From assembly GCF_036321535.1 (NCBI RefSeq), contig NC_087436.1:44766001-44830000 (forward strand): DNA of 64,000 nt. The letters run 5' to 3'. The notes beneath the pieces are model-generated. The model was not told where the DNA came from, did no database searches, and saw only the letters and a list, made by a program, of their open reading frames with translations. The position numbers and the translations under genes are program-made. The stretch comes from Camelus dromedarius. Taxonomy: Eukaryota. Below are positions 13,637 to 26,443 of this stretch, piece by piece. The stretch's first letter is position 1; every line of letters starts with the position of its first letter.

Positions 13637-14113
13637 TCTATACTGGTTTGCCAGGGCTGCCGTAACAAAGTCCTGCAAACTGGGTAGCTTAAAACAACAG
13701 AACTGTCTTATAGCTCTGGACACTAGGAGTTCAATATCAAGGTGTTGGCAGGACCATGCTCCTTCTGAAACCGGCAGGAAAGTTCTTCCTTGTCTCTGGT
13801 GGTTTACAGGTGTCCTTGGCATGGCTTTGGCATGACTTTCCACAGCTTACAGATGCATCATCACAATCCTTGGTCTCTGCACGGTGCTCTTCCTGGGTCT
13901 CTTCACGTTATCTTCCCTCTGTGTGTCTCTTTGTCCAAATTTCCCTTTTTTAAAAAAATAAGGACACCAGTCATATTAGTTTAGGGCTCACAAAGACCTC
14001 CTTTTAATTTGACTGCCTCTGTAAATACACTCTTTCCAAATAAGGTCCCATCCTGAGGTACTGGAGTTTAGGACTTCAGCACATCGTCATAAGGAGAAAC
14101 AATTACACCCATA
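13637..14113 (-). mobile_element. MaLR solo LTR (MLT1B/C-like)
   Basis: gtttgccagggctgccgtaacaaag...aaactgggtagcttaaaacaacagaa...ttccaaataaggtcccatcctgaggtactggag. Confidence 0.88.
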
Positions 14114-14382
14114 CCCCTGTCAGTGGAATCAGACAGAACATTCAGATCTTCCTGAGAAATGATTACATAGAGAAGGACAATGTAAAAGATGGCAGGAATC
14201 TTGGGCAAAGAGATGAAAGACGAGGTTCAACACGTGGTGGTGGAAGTAAGATTTCAAAGTCTGGACCAGGAGGAGCAGATGCAACAACCCTTTGTAGAGC
14301 AGCTATCCTCATGGGGAAAGCAAGATTTTAAAGACCCATCACATACTTGGTTAGGACACAGTCCTCTCATTTCAGTGAGCAA

Positions 14383-14590
14383 TGTTACGCTGCTACATTG
14401 AATAGGCCCACAAATTCTTTGCAGCATCTCCTGACAAGAAATAGAGTTAACTTCCCTACAGCTTGAATGAGGGTTGGCCTTATGAAGTGCTTCCCGATAG
14501 GCTGCAGCAGAAATAACACTGTCTGAGTTCCAGAGCCTAAACCTCAAGAGATCTTGAAGCTTCTACCTTCTTTTTCTTGGAAAATGCCCC
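14383..14590 (+). mobile_element. Older MaLR LTR fragment (MLT1H/J-like)
   Basis: cccacaaattctttgcagc...gagttccagagcctaaacctcaagagatcttg. Confidence 0.55.
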
Positions 14591-15838
14591 AACACTTGCA
14601 CCTATTAACTCATTTATTCCTCACGGTAAATTTATATGTAGGAACTATCTTTAACTCTTTTACAGATGAGGAAGTTCGCCCCAGAAAAAGTAATCAATTT
14701 TACAAAGCCATGTAGCTAGAAAGGAGTAGAGACAGACCCTGTACTGTGATTCACTGAAATTCTATGTTGCCTCCAAAAATGCCACTTTGGTAATATTATT
14801 TCCACTCTAAGAAGAAGAAATCATTCTGAAATAGAATAAGTATTTCCAGAAGTGGAACGTGCTTAATAAATGACAGCTTATAGAAAAGGCTGGAAATCTT
14901 TCAAAAGAGGGTGAGAAAGTTTCTGCCACCATACAGTGTTCATGAAGAGCGTAGAGATACGAATGTACTATTAAGACCAGAAGAAAACAGTAAGAGGTGA
15001 CTTTCAGAGTTTCCATGGTGGTCAGTAACAGCTCAAGGAATGTAATGAAAAAACAGACAACGATTAGGCCGTGTGTAATTGAAAGAGTTCCTGCATGGGA
15101 GAAAGTCACTCACCCGGAGGTTATAGGAGCCAATGGAGTAATCGTTCTCATCTAATCTTTGCTTTTAAGTAGATGTACCTCAGTTTCCACCCTGTTTACT
15201 AGTTAACTGGCTCATATTTTAGATATTATTACATATATTTTATTTAACTCCTTAAAATCCATTTTAAAGCAAGGAAGAAAACAAACAATATATAAATAAA
15301 CATATATATATTTATGTATCTCACCTAGTTGCAGATATGTTTTTGTCAGATTAAAAGGAAAGCATAAAATAAAGGAATAACTTGAATTAAAAGCAGGGGA
15401 AATAAATAGAAGAAAAATATTGGCAGGGTCATAAAATGGAGCCAGGAATGAGACCCCTAAAAAAATTCATATCATAAAGGCTTACTGCTGGAGGCCTGCA
15501 AATCTGGCCCAGGCTTTCTGACAGTCAGTGGGAAAATAGAATCCTGATCAGTTACACAATTTACAAGAAATATAAGATAAAAATCAGAACAGTTGTTAGG
15601 AGAAGCAAAATTATTGCTGTTACTAATATCCGACAGAAATCTCTCCCCATGGCCCTCATAAAACCAGCACCATGTAATATACTGGCTTATACCCTCAACT
15701 GCACTTTCAGAGTAGACACAATGACAAGTTTCATAGTCTGTGGGCATCACTCTAAAACAACATTTCAGCAAAGGCAGTTCTATAGGGGTCAATACAGTAC
15801 CATCCAGGTATGCAACTGTCCAAAGCATGGGTAGGTTT

Positions 15839-15964
15839 GGGGCGGGGGGGTGATTCGGTTTATTTGTTTATTTTTAATTTTTTTTTTTAATGGAGGGACT
15901 GGGGATTGAACCCAGGACCTCGTGCATGCTAAGCTCGCACTCTAACACCGAGCTCTACTCCCTC
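15839..15964 (-). mobile_element. tRNA-Ala-derived camelid SINE with extended tail and degenerate TSD
   Basis: atggagggactggggattgaacccaggacctcgtgcatgctaag; TSD-like caaagcatgggtaggttt (15821) / caagccattggtagattt (15964), followed by a TTTT/AA endonuclease site. Confidence 0.9.
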
Positions 15965-18788
15965 AAGCCATTGGTAGATTTTAAAGTGTGGAAAAATAGA
16001 TGGATTTCATCTCTTAAACAATCCTTTCGATATATTGTTTCTGTCTGCAGATGTTTTGATAGAAACTGGGAAGCAATGAGTTTGAAATTACTTTTTGGCA
16101 AGCATTCAGAATTCAGGTTATTTATATTCATGGTTAAGTATGGACCTACACATTTTAACCAACAGTTGTTTTGTTGGGGTTTTCCATCGCTTATTAAAAA
16201 TAAAAGACCAGAGAAAAACCTACACCTAGGTTAAAAGCCAATTCTTCTGTACTCAAGTATTAATTTATGGAGAACCCTGTCAGTCCCAAAATTCTGAGAG
16301 AAAGCATGTCTAAATACATAGACAACTGAGACCACAAAGATACTAGCTTGGGCATGTGTTTTTGCTTATATGATGATGCTTAACTTCCACGTAATCTAAA
16401 TAAAGCACACAGACAATGATCAATTTTGAGCTCTTCTAATCAACAGTATTTTGAATTTTTGCTCAGTCTGAAATTCTATTAAGAATAATAGGTTTTAGGT
16501 CTGGAAAGAAACTTAGAGATTACTTAATCCAATATGGTATTTAATACATAATAAACCTGCATCGAAAAAGGTAAAGCCACTTTCACAAAATTATATACCT
16601 GAAGAGGAAAGCGAAAGAGAAAACTCGTCTTTCTTCTCTTCATTGATTGGCTGCTCTCTGTCTGTGGACACATGATTGCAGGACCTCAGTGACTCCAAGG
16701 ATACCCTGTGCTCATCTCCTCCTGTCACCTCCATTCCATAACCGTGAAAACTGGTCTTCAAGGAGAGAACTTAAGTACTTCGATTCCTTTTTGCCTCTTT
16801 TCTTTCTTTTCAAGTCTGGGTATCGTATCACTTTAAAGTTACTATGATTTTCATGACTTACCCCCTCATTACCTGGAGTAAACAGATCATTGCAATTACA
16901 ACATTGCTATGAGTTCAATTACCTGAAGATATATAATTCTCTGATAAAATGCTTTATTTGAGTAACAGGAGAAAAAAAAAATCCCCTGACCCTCAGCCAA
17001 CAACGTAGTATTACAACGACATACAAGTCAGGATGTGCAAGGGAGAAATTATTTGATTAGCGGCTGTATTGTGAGTGTTCAAACCTCTGAGAGCCGCCCA
17101 GTCCAAGCCACAGTGGCTCACGCTGTAAGTCTTGCTGCAATCCCTCTGGGCATCTCGGTAACAAGAGCTACCATCTTGCCGTCAGTGTCACTTCACGTAT
17201 TCAGTCTCTAAAGCTCTGTTTGTTGTTTCATTCTGTTCTATGTCTCCCCTAGGAACACCTTCATTTTAATATAAATAGAGCGCTTCATCACGCAATGGCA
17301 AAGAAACATGGAAAGTATGACTCTCTATATTACTGGGCACACCGCATACAGATGTGTATTCCAAAAGAGGACTGAAACTGCAAAAAAGGACAAAAACAAA
17401 TTTAATAAAAGATCATCCATATATTTATCTGCACATAATGCAAACCATATGTCTGTAAGAGTCAAGAGTAAAAACTGTCGGCGAGGCTGTCATATTTTGT
17501 GCCTGTGGCTATTGTCAGGATGTAGGAAGTGGCTATTTAACAGATCCTACAGCTCTTCTCCGCGCTTTTAAATATCAGATGACTTTCATTGCCTCACATG
17601 GAATGAGGGTCCCTTTTGAATCCCTAGTAATTTTTAAATAATTAGTACGTCTTTGAATTTAGGACAGTTAAAAATATTTTATGAGAGATGTTCTGAGATA
17701 TCGGAAAAAAAGTGTAATCCTGGCTTGCCCCGTCCATATTGACTGAGCATGTTAGGGGCAAGGTCGGGAAAGGGAGTAGGGGCAATCATAAATCAAGGTG
17801 ACCAGAGCAAAGTTTTTCCTTTTCTTTCTAGGCCTGACCTCTGTAAGTCTTCCTGGGTGTCTCATCAGCCTTCCTATAACTTCAGACAGTCTCTTGAGCC
17901 GGTGTTTCTTTCATTGTTAGTTCCCCTCTGTGACTTTTTTTCCCCCCTCAAATGGTTGTTGAATTCATTTTCTTGAGCAATAATGGTCCTGGCAAAAATT
18001 AGTTAACCAACCTGGTACTGTCCCAGTCATGGTATCCAGCAGTCACTGGAGTCATGCCACCACCACAACCCAGGAAGAGCAGTGGACAGAAATAGACAAG
18101 ACCATCAAACATAAAAGGCTTCCTTTACAAAGAAACTGCATCAGCACCTCAGAAGGGAGACCAGGCAAGTGCCTTCACTGTCTTCTCCTTCAGAGGCATC
18201 TTGGTGTCTACCTGAAGCCTTTCTTCTTCCTTTACCTCAAAGTTGGGTATCTTATATTTCATTTTGTTTTTGGATTAGAAAAATCAAATTAACTTTAAGT
18301 CCCAATATCTTCTCACCATTTCTTTCGATAGGAGTGCTCGTGGTATGAACTCATGACCAATGATTCCGAAGTTTGGGGTACCCTAGGCTTCCTCTAGAGG
18401 TACTCCAAAGGCTAGTTGTTATCATTCAAACTAAATTGTGTTTTGTTGGATTTTTAAGATATTTAAGATCTCTATTGTCCAAAGTATGTATAATTCAAAG
18501 TATAATTACCATTTCCCAACACACATAGACACACACACTCAAAAATCATTTATGACTTGTTGATATTTTTTTAATGGTGTCTTCTGCTCATTTGGAAAAT
18601 GAAAGTTGAACATCTTTCTCTTTCCCTTCTATCTACTATCACATTTTAAATTGAAGGAAAAAAATGTGTCACATTTCCTTCTTTACTTATGTTGTATTTT
18701 AAGTCAGCCAGTGCAAAAGTCTAGGGAGAAAGCAATATGGAGTCTAGAGTTTTGGTTTGCTTTGTTTAAACAGGTATTAATGAAGTCT

Positions 18789-18890
18789 GAGGGAAGGGGG
18801 AAATAGCTCAGCGGTAAAGCATATGTTTAGCATGCTTGGGGGCCTGAGTTCAATCTCCAGTACCTCCATTAAAAAGTGAATTGAATGAAT
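18789..18890 (+). mobile_element. tRNA-Ala-derived camelid SINE
   Basis: gggggaaatagctcagcggtaaagcatatgtttagcatgc...gagttcaatctccagtacctccatt; flanked by aatgaagt at 18779 and 18892. Confidence 0.88.
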
Positions 18891-19390
18891 GAATGAAGTT
18901 TTTAAAATCCACATAGTCCAGAGTGGTAGAGCAGATAAGAGAAATGATTATTATTTATCGCATGCTGCTGATACTATTCCAAAATCATTTTATTCAGTCT
19001 TTACTTGAGTTATTCTAAAGAAAATTTGATTGTGTATGCTAGCTTTGGGCCACATAACTGGTCATAGGAGAGGTGAGCACACAAATTTAGATTCTATAAT
19101 TCTAAAGCTTATGACTTTTCTACTATATCACACTACTCCCACAAAAGGAGAAATGAATCATAACTCTTCTTAAACAACTTTTAAAAACTGACAGAATTAA
19201 GAGTAAAATTTAGCATAGAATAAGGTCAATTGGTTACTCCATATTATGTACTTTATCAGGTACTGGTTCTTTCTCATCAGAAATAGGTGCTTTTTGCTCC
19301 AATTCCCTTTGGGATTTCTGCTTTAAAACAACCCTTCATTTTTCTACCCATATTACAACATTCTTTTAAGGATTTTATCAGATAATCATA

Positions 19391-19797
19391 TGTGGTGTGT
19401 TAGAAAACATAGCCACAATAGTTTTTAATTCCTCTTATCTAGAGGTAGGATCCTTCTACCTGGGCTGACCTTGTGACTTGCTTTGAGCAACAGAACGAGG
19501 CAGAATTGGGAATTCTAGACAGAGGTCTTGAATTATGAGACAACATGGAGAAAGGGACACAGCCAAGAGGCAACACCAAGGCCTCAGCTGTGCAGTGAGG
19601 CCGCTGCAGACACACAGGCCACAGCTGAGCGGCCAGTGAGTGCTGTCACAGGACTGTGGGCAAGACCAACGGAAGAACTATCCAGGAAGCCCAGCCAACC
19701 TGCAGAAATGTGGAAAATAAAGAATCATGGCTGTTTTAAATTATCAGTCTTTACTTTTTTTTTTTTTTTTTATGTAGCAAAATTAACTGACATAACA
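19391..19797 (+). mobile_element. MaLR solo LTR (MLT1H-like)
   Basis: TG...CA ends; ccttgtgacttgctttgagcaacagaa and terminal tatgtagcaaaattaactgacataaca. Confidence 0.78.
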
Positions 19798-20633
19798 CTG
19801 GTGAAGAAAAGGACTTTGGTAGACAGCAGTCACTCAATAAATTTTATCTCTGATCTTTTACTTCCCAATTTTCTGATGCTGTACAAATAAATAGTAATTA
19901 TTTATTGATTGAAAACAACATATGTGTTTCTCTGATCTTTAGAATACCAACAAATGGGCTCAGTAAATATGGCTGGCATCTAAACAGACTAAACAGTTTT
20001 AACAGTAAATTTTTATTTATAACCTAGATGTGATTTTATAATGTGAGCACACACAGAATGTGCAATTTATGACTATCTTACCTGAGAAAAAGGAAAAAAA
20101 AAAGTGTGCTAGATGAGAAAAACTAACGGGATGAAAGAGTTGATGCTTTCAGGGAGTTGGAGCAATTTTTTTGACCAATTCAAACTTCACACGTGGAAAT
20201 ATGTGATTTGGGCAAATAAAAAAATGTAAAAAATGAAATCTGTTTTAGCCAAAAGTGACAGGAGTTTTTGTTTGTTTGTTTGTTTTTAATTGTGAAAATA
20301 CGTGCAATGTATTTCCTTCAAACTACTGCATCAAGGTGGTTGCTGGAAGTAAAAAAAAGTCAGAAAAGAAGAAAGAAAACAGGAAGACAAGAGAAAAGGA
20401 AGGCAGGAAGAGTAAAAGATGGTCTGTTCCATGCCACAGCCTCACATCCAATTAGAAAATGCTGCACTTTGTGTCAGCTCTATTCTTGGAAAGTAATAAC
20501 TGGGATATTAACTCTGAAAAGTCACTAGAGAAACCTACTTAACTTTATTAAAGACAGAGTTTTTCAAATTTAATTTAAAATAGAACTTATTTATTATTAT
20601 AACTATTAACATACTCTTGGATGCACATTAAAG

Positions 20634-20925
20634 CAGTGTTTTTCAAACAGCAGATCTTAAACCATTACTAGTTTGTGAAATCCGTTTAGTTAGCATGGTC
20701 TCCATGACCATCGTTGGTCATGAAACCAGTTTCACGAAAGCATGAAATAAAATGGGTTGAAAGTGAAGAGAATAGATCAGAGCATAATGCACATAGAAAG
20801 CTACACTTTGTTTCATGAAATCTTTCTTTCTGCTATGTCTGTGTGTGTGAATCTATATGTATGTAATTGGCTGTGATATAAAAAGTATTTTTATGAACCA
20901 GGGACAAAAAATTTTGTTACATTTC
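20634..20925. mobile_element. Non-autonomous hAT-Charlie element (subfamily uncertain)
   Basis: Starts cagtgtttttcaaac, with internal tgtgaaatccgtttagt and tttcatgaaatct motifs. Confidence 0.55.
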
Positions 20926-21294
20926 TAATTTTTAAATGAATGAAACTTTAAAAGTCATCAGGTGATGCCATGAATATTTTTTCAAGGAAATAACATTTCT
21001 TAAACATGTATTAAAATTGGAAAAAAACTTATGTTATATGATTAATTAATTGAATTCTTGAAGATCTAGTACCTTTCTTCCAATAATGAAAGTGAGTTAG
21101 CTGATAATTTTGATTCAACTTTGATTCAGTATCACACAATTTAATTAATTATTAACTTTAACAACCTGAAGGCTGAATGTTAAAAATATGGTAAGCTTCT
21201 AAATCTCACTTTTTTACAAGTGTTTAACCCTGTTCACTGATTAATATCATTAATCAACTATGTGATCTATTATTTAGTTACTACTGATACTGTT

Positions 21295-21515
21295 TATCAT
21301 TTATTACCCAGTACTTGCTTAGCGTATGACAGGCATTATCCTAAGCAATTTACATACATTATTTAATTTAATAATCAACAATCTTATGTGACTATGACTT
21401 TTAATAGTCCCATTTTACTGCTTGTGAACACTAAGGCTGACATAACTTAAGTAAGAAGCCCAAGATCACTACAAGGAAAGAGTAAAGCTGAAATTAGAAC
21501 CTAGATATTTACCAT
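21295..21515 (-). mobile_element. MIR SINE
   Basis: atttatta...aggcattatcctaagc...gtcccattttac...cccaagatcac. Confidence 0.7.
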
Positions 21516-21833
21516 TAGACATGAATAGGGGTGCTAAAATACTTGAATAGGAATCAAATAATATCATCGTTTTAAATATGTTATTATGACTAAGCAAAAC
21601 TAAGCTTCAAAATCATTGTGAATAGGACTCAGACTCTTCTAGCTTTTGTGTCTGATCCTATGATTCAGACAGATCACTTTCAATTAAATAATTTATTTTG
21701 AGACTCCAAAGAGACCTTCATATTAGTCTACTGATAAGATTAGTAAGTCTTTCTTTCATAGATCTGAAATGTTCTGCTTGAGCAAGCCCCACTCCCACCT
21801 CCCCCAGCTCTAATCTTACCTCTGTTCTCTCAC

Positions 21834-21923
21834 CTGTGCTCAGGGCATCACAGAGCAGAGCAGAGGAGATGATCAAGAGTTCATGGGGAGAGTGTTGAGA
21901 GGGGAAGCGGTACATAAGGTCCC
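21834..21923 (-). other. Exon-like segment (90 nt) with two tandem donors
   Basis: Minus strand: atgtcttag|GGGACC...AGCACAG|gtgaga, with a second donor GAG|gtaaga 14 nt downstream and G-runs after it. One frame is open (DLMYRFPSQHSPHELLIISSALLCDALST). Confidence 0.3.
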
Positions 21924-22109
21924 CTAAGACATGTTGCCAGCATAGAGAGGCATTGTCAAAATCAGCGTCAAACCCAGTCTTTTAAAAGTGGAGGGTCTAA
22001 ATGGACAACTAGAAAATTGGCCATAGACTTTGTAATTAGAAAATATCAAAAGGATACATTTAAAATGTGACAAGTGTGGCAAGAGAGAAAGAGGATTGAT
22101 ATTGAAAAA

Positions 22110-22620
22110 GAAGTACAAATTCCTTGCAAACATATGAAAGGGGGTTTAACCTCATGACTCATAAGAGAAATTCCGATTGAAAACTATACAACATTAAGAT
22201 ACCGTTTTTGCTTATCAGATGGACGAAAGTCTAAAAGTTAGATAGACATTCTTGGTGAGACTTTCATACGTGGCTCATACACTTCTGGAAGGAGTGTGAA
22301 ATGAGGGGAAAAATCTCAGGAGATCAATTGGGAAATATTTATAACAATTGCACTTACTCTTTGATTCAACTATCTCACTTCTAGAAATATTTTGAGAGAA
22401 AATACTTGCACATGAGAAAACAATATATGTATCAGTTATTCATTAAAGCATTACTTCTTATGGCTAAAAATTGGAAACAACCTAAGTGGTGTTAATACAG
22501 GAACCCGGTTAAAATATATGGTTGTGCATCTGTACAGCAGAATACTTTGCCCTTATTTTTAAAATGTCACTTTATAAACACTGAGATGGAAAGATCGTTA
22601 GTATGTATTGTTTAAAAGTT
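22110..22620 (+). mobile_element. Old L1ME fragment
   Basis: aacctcatgactcataagagaaatt...tggctaaaaattggaaacaacctaagtg. Confidence 0.7.
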
Positions 22621-24515
22621 CAAAGTAAAAGAAATACTAAGGAAGAAATTCATGCTTTCAAATGGAAGTCAAACTATTCTACCAAGAGCAGCTGATAATT
22701 TTTCACCAACTATATTTTATCCAGAAATGAAAACAAGACAATCTATTGATTATACAACTAGATTTGCATTTATCTTTTATTCTAGGAGCTGTAAACATGC
22801 AAACATTCCAAGCCTTTGCTAATACTGATATCTAATTACAGGCACATATACTTTAAATATTTGAGTAAAAAATTCACTACTTAACCTTATGTACTATCAA
22901 TGAAACATTTACATGTTGTCAATTCTTTCACATTTCTGATGTGGCATGAATTGGACTGGCAGATAAGAATTTCTGCTTACATATTCTTGTCACCAAGACC
23001 CTCCTCATACAAATTGCCAGAGCAGTCTACAACTCATCATAACTTGAATATAAATGTGTGTCAGCCAGACTAGAAGTGAAATGATTAAGTAAATTATTAC
23101 TTTAAGGATTTAGTAGTGCAAAAGAAAGGCTGACATCTCATCACATTACTATTATTATCCAGTTTGTGCTTCTCTCAGAATTATTTCAGCTATTCTGGGA
23201 GCCTCATCAATGCTGGAAATAAAATAATAACTATCATTACAAATTCAGAACAGTGAATTCCAGTTACAAATCAAGTGAACAACTTAATATACTACTTTAG
23301 GGTTTCAAATTTCTATCATGATTGGTATCTATTAACTGAAACATAATGGATTTGAGGCAAACCTATCATGATGTCAATCCCTTCTGCTGTAATATTTGCA
23401 GTATATGATAAACATGTCCTTGGAATTATAAAATCTCTCTTTTAATCAATCTTCCTTACTGTAAATTTCCTTGAAAACAAAAATGAATATATCCATCTGA
23501 CTGAGAATTCATTTTGATAATTAGTCTTGCTTACTTCATGATGCTTCAGTGATGTTGCCGTTGTTGGCAGAATTCAATGCGGCAGACGGAACTCAGTAAT
23601 CATGACATTTTCTTAGGGTCCTTCAATGAGTATATTCAACTACCTGGTATTTTTAATTTTTAGTCTAAAAGACTAGACACGCAGCTGGATTATAAGGAAT
23701 GTCCTACTCCAGTTAGGAATTCACAAAAGGTGATCTCAAAGCAATCATGATGAGTGTCCTTAACTCCGGAATATTTTCTAGAAATGTTTGTATGGTTGTC
23801 TTATGTGCGAGACAATGTGAGAACTCCCTCACAAGTTTAGACTTAGCAATAGGTATGGGGACAAAAGAAGCCTGTGGAAACAAGTACATAAAGATACTCA
23901 TTTTGTCTTCTTTTGCACCATTTAGAGCAAATCCTTTCTGTCAGAGTCTTTGAACAGGAAATGTAATTGCCATAATAAAGCCTATGATAAACTGAGTAGT
24001 TTCTGGGTTTCCCACTGTGTAGGTGTTGCCTGGTAAAATAATGTGACTATAATTATTCAGATCAAGTAAAATTTATATCAAAATTACTTTAATCAGGTTC
24101 ATTAGAATTAGGATGACCCTAATATTTTAGCGTTGGTTGGGCAGTTTTTATAGCTGTAGTACATGTGTTTAGAACAGCACCTTGCCTTATTCAAGATACA
24201 AAGATGTTAAAATAAAAAAGATGTTTAAAATAGTTCCTTATTCAAAATGTCAAAGATGTTAATGAATAATAATATTAATATGTCAGAATAGGAGCTTTGA
24301 GTTTAGTAGGCAATGCAGTGAAGAGACTAGTCAGGAGAGGCTGAAACTAAGAAGCTGGAAAGTAGGCGTACCCACTATTGTGAATCACGTGCTTGAGACT
24401 GATGCTGCAACTTGTAAGAAGTGAAGATGTGGTATAAGTGAGAGGTAGCAGTGATCCGGGAAATACCAAAGCGGCAGCAATTGGTATAATAGTGTGGAGA
24501 TCAAGAAAGGCAGCA

Positions 24516-24708
24516 AAGACAGATAAATAACAAGGATTTGCTCTATAGCACAGGGAACTATATGCAATGTCTTGCAATAACTTATAATGGAGAATAATTT
24601 TAAAAGAATGCAAATATATACATATATGTATGTGTGTGTTACTGAATAACTTTGCTGTACAACTGAAACTAACAACAATATTATAAATCAACTATACTTC
24701 AATAAAAG
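24516..24708 (+). mobile_element. Young L1 3' end with perfect 13-bp TSD, inserted into a probable L2 remnant
   Basis: tatagcacagggaactatat...aactatacttcaataaaa; TSD aagaaaggcagca at 24503-24515 and 24709-24721. Confidence 0.92.
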
Positions 24709-25360
24709 AAGAAAGGCAGCAGATACAGTAGGAATAGAACATTTGCAGCCCCTAAGTTACAGAAATTTCATATGTAGAGTGTCCCTGATCTCTGGAGGTT
24801 GAAATAATAGCTAGAAAACTACAGTGATGATACTATGTGACTTGTCCAGTAATAAAGCCAAATGAGGCTAATAGGTGGTTAAAATTCAAGAACTTTGGGG
24901 ATATATGTGGCCACTGTTTCTGGTTAGGGATTCAAGAACAGAATTTCAGGTTCAGAGAGGAACTGTGAGGACACGAAACTATCCCAGAGAAATTATAAAA
25001 TCATCCAGGTTGAGGTTCAGAGCAAGTTCCAGGGCAGAGACTTGAACATGGGAGAATGAGATACGGAAACAAGTGAAACGGATTTAAGGTCTGGGCTTGG
25101 TCACGGGAATGAAGCAGAAATCAGCTACTAAACTAAAGGGTCAGAGGGATCAGCAATATGGTCATCTCTGTGCTGATCCCTCTCTCAAACGAAAATGGAA
25201 CCCTATAAAATTCCTCTCATTAGAGGCAACTAACATCCAAATATTGTAAAGTTCTTTTGTAAAGAAGGAAAAAAATATAGCTGGTTCAAGAGGAAGACTA
25301 ACTGCCTGAATACCTTTACTAAAAATATACTGGTGAATAAATTGATATCTCTATATCCAG

Positions 25361-25525
25361 AAAGCAAATGTGACTTACAGCTGTACCATGCTGACTTAAT
25401 GCCATTCAATATTTTTATGGAGTATTTAGACAATAACAATAATGTAGATGAATATGTTCCAAAAAGATTCTCACCAACAAGATCGATGCAATTAATCTCG
25501 CAAGAAGAAATTGAACACTGAACAG
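25361..25525 (+). other. Exon-like segment (165 nt), open in one frame up to a TGA 4 nt before the donor
   Basis: tctctatatccag|AAAGC...TGAACAG|gtgagg; peptide SKCDLQLYHADLMPFNIFMEYLDNNNNVDEYVPKRFSPTRSMQLISQEEIEH*, not recognised. Confidence 0.3.
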
Positions 25526-26443
25526 GTGAGGCAAAAAATATATATCTATGTAAATATATAGTTATATAAATATTCATATTTTTCATATGTGTTCAATTTA
25601 TATAAATTGAAATAGTTATAAAATATAGTTGATTCACTCTAATAGCTGACAAATATTAGCCAACCATAGAATCACGCAGCCATTTAAAATCTGTTTAATA
25701 CTTAAGCTGGAATGGTAGTAGTCGTTATTGCAGTGATAATAGAAGATGCAGTCCCACACCTGGAAGAAATGCAAGATCTGGCACCAAAATACACACAGAA
25801 AGGTTAACGTTGGTGAATAGAGTTTTCTATTACTGGTAAAGCAGACAAGGAGGAGAGTTAGGTGATCCAATAATAATGCAAAAAAAATAAATAAATAAAT
25901 AAATAAATAAAAGGACATGATATCCCAACAATCAAGGGAAGAGGCGAGGAAGGCACTGGAGTCAGACACACTGGAGTTCAAATCCTAATCCCCCCAGTTC
26001 ACCAAAAATTAGAGAACAAGAAGTTGAGGGGAAGCTTTGAATAGGTTATCTTACAATTTGAATATTATATAATATTATGTATAATATTAAATGCATACGG
26101 AGGCAGCAAAGTCCTCAAGGCCAATAAAACCATCTACTATTAGCAAGAGTTTCTGACTGCTACAGTTAGGACCTACATCCCCAGGAGTCTGATTGATATC
26201 ACATTTAAGCTATATTCAGTACCAAACTGTGTGCTAGGACATTGACTGCAAAATGCAAGGGGAGTGGCAAGCTCTCAGCAGAGAACTCTTATTTCTTATT
26301 AAAAAAAATGCTTCTGGACTGGAGCTAGAGAAAATAAATCCATTGCAAGAAGCAACAATCCAGCAACTGGATGACCATAACAAGCCAAATAATCAGACAT
26401 AATTTCAAAGCCAAGTTGAGAAAATAACCTCAAAAGTGGGGAG

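Noticed and set aside
18140..18160. REST/RE1-like TCAGCACC
   Set aside because: Only the left half-site matches; the GGACAG half is absent.
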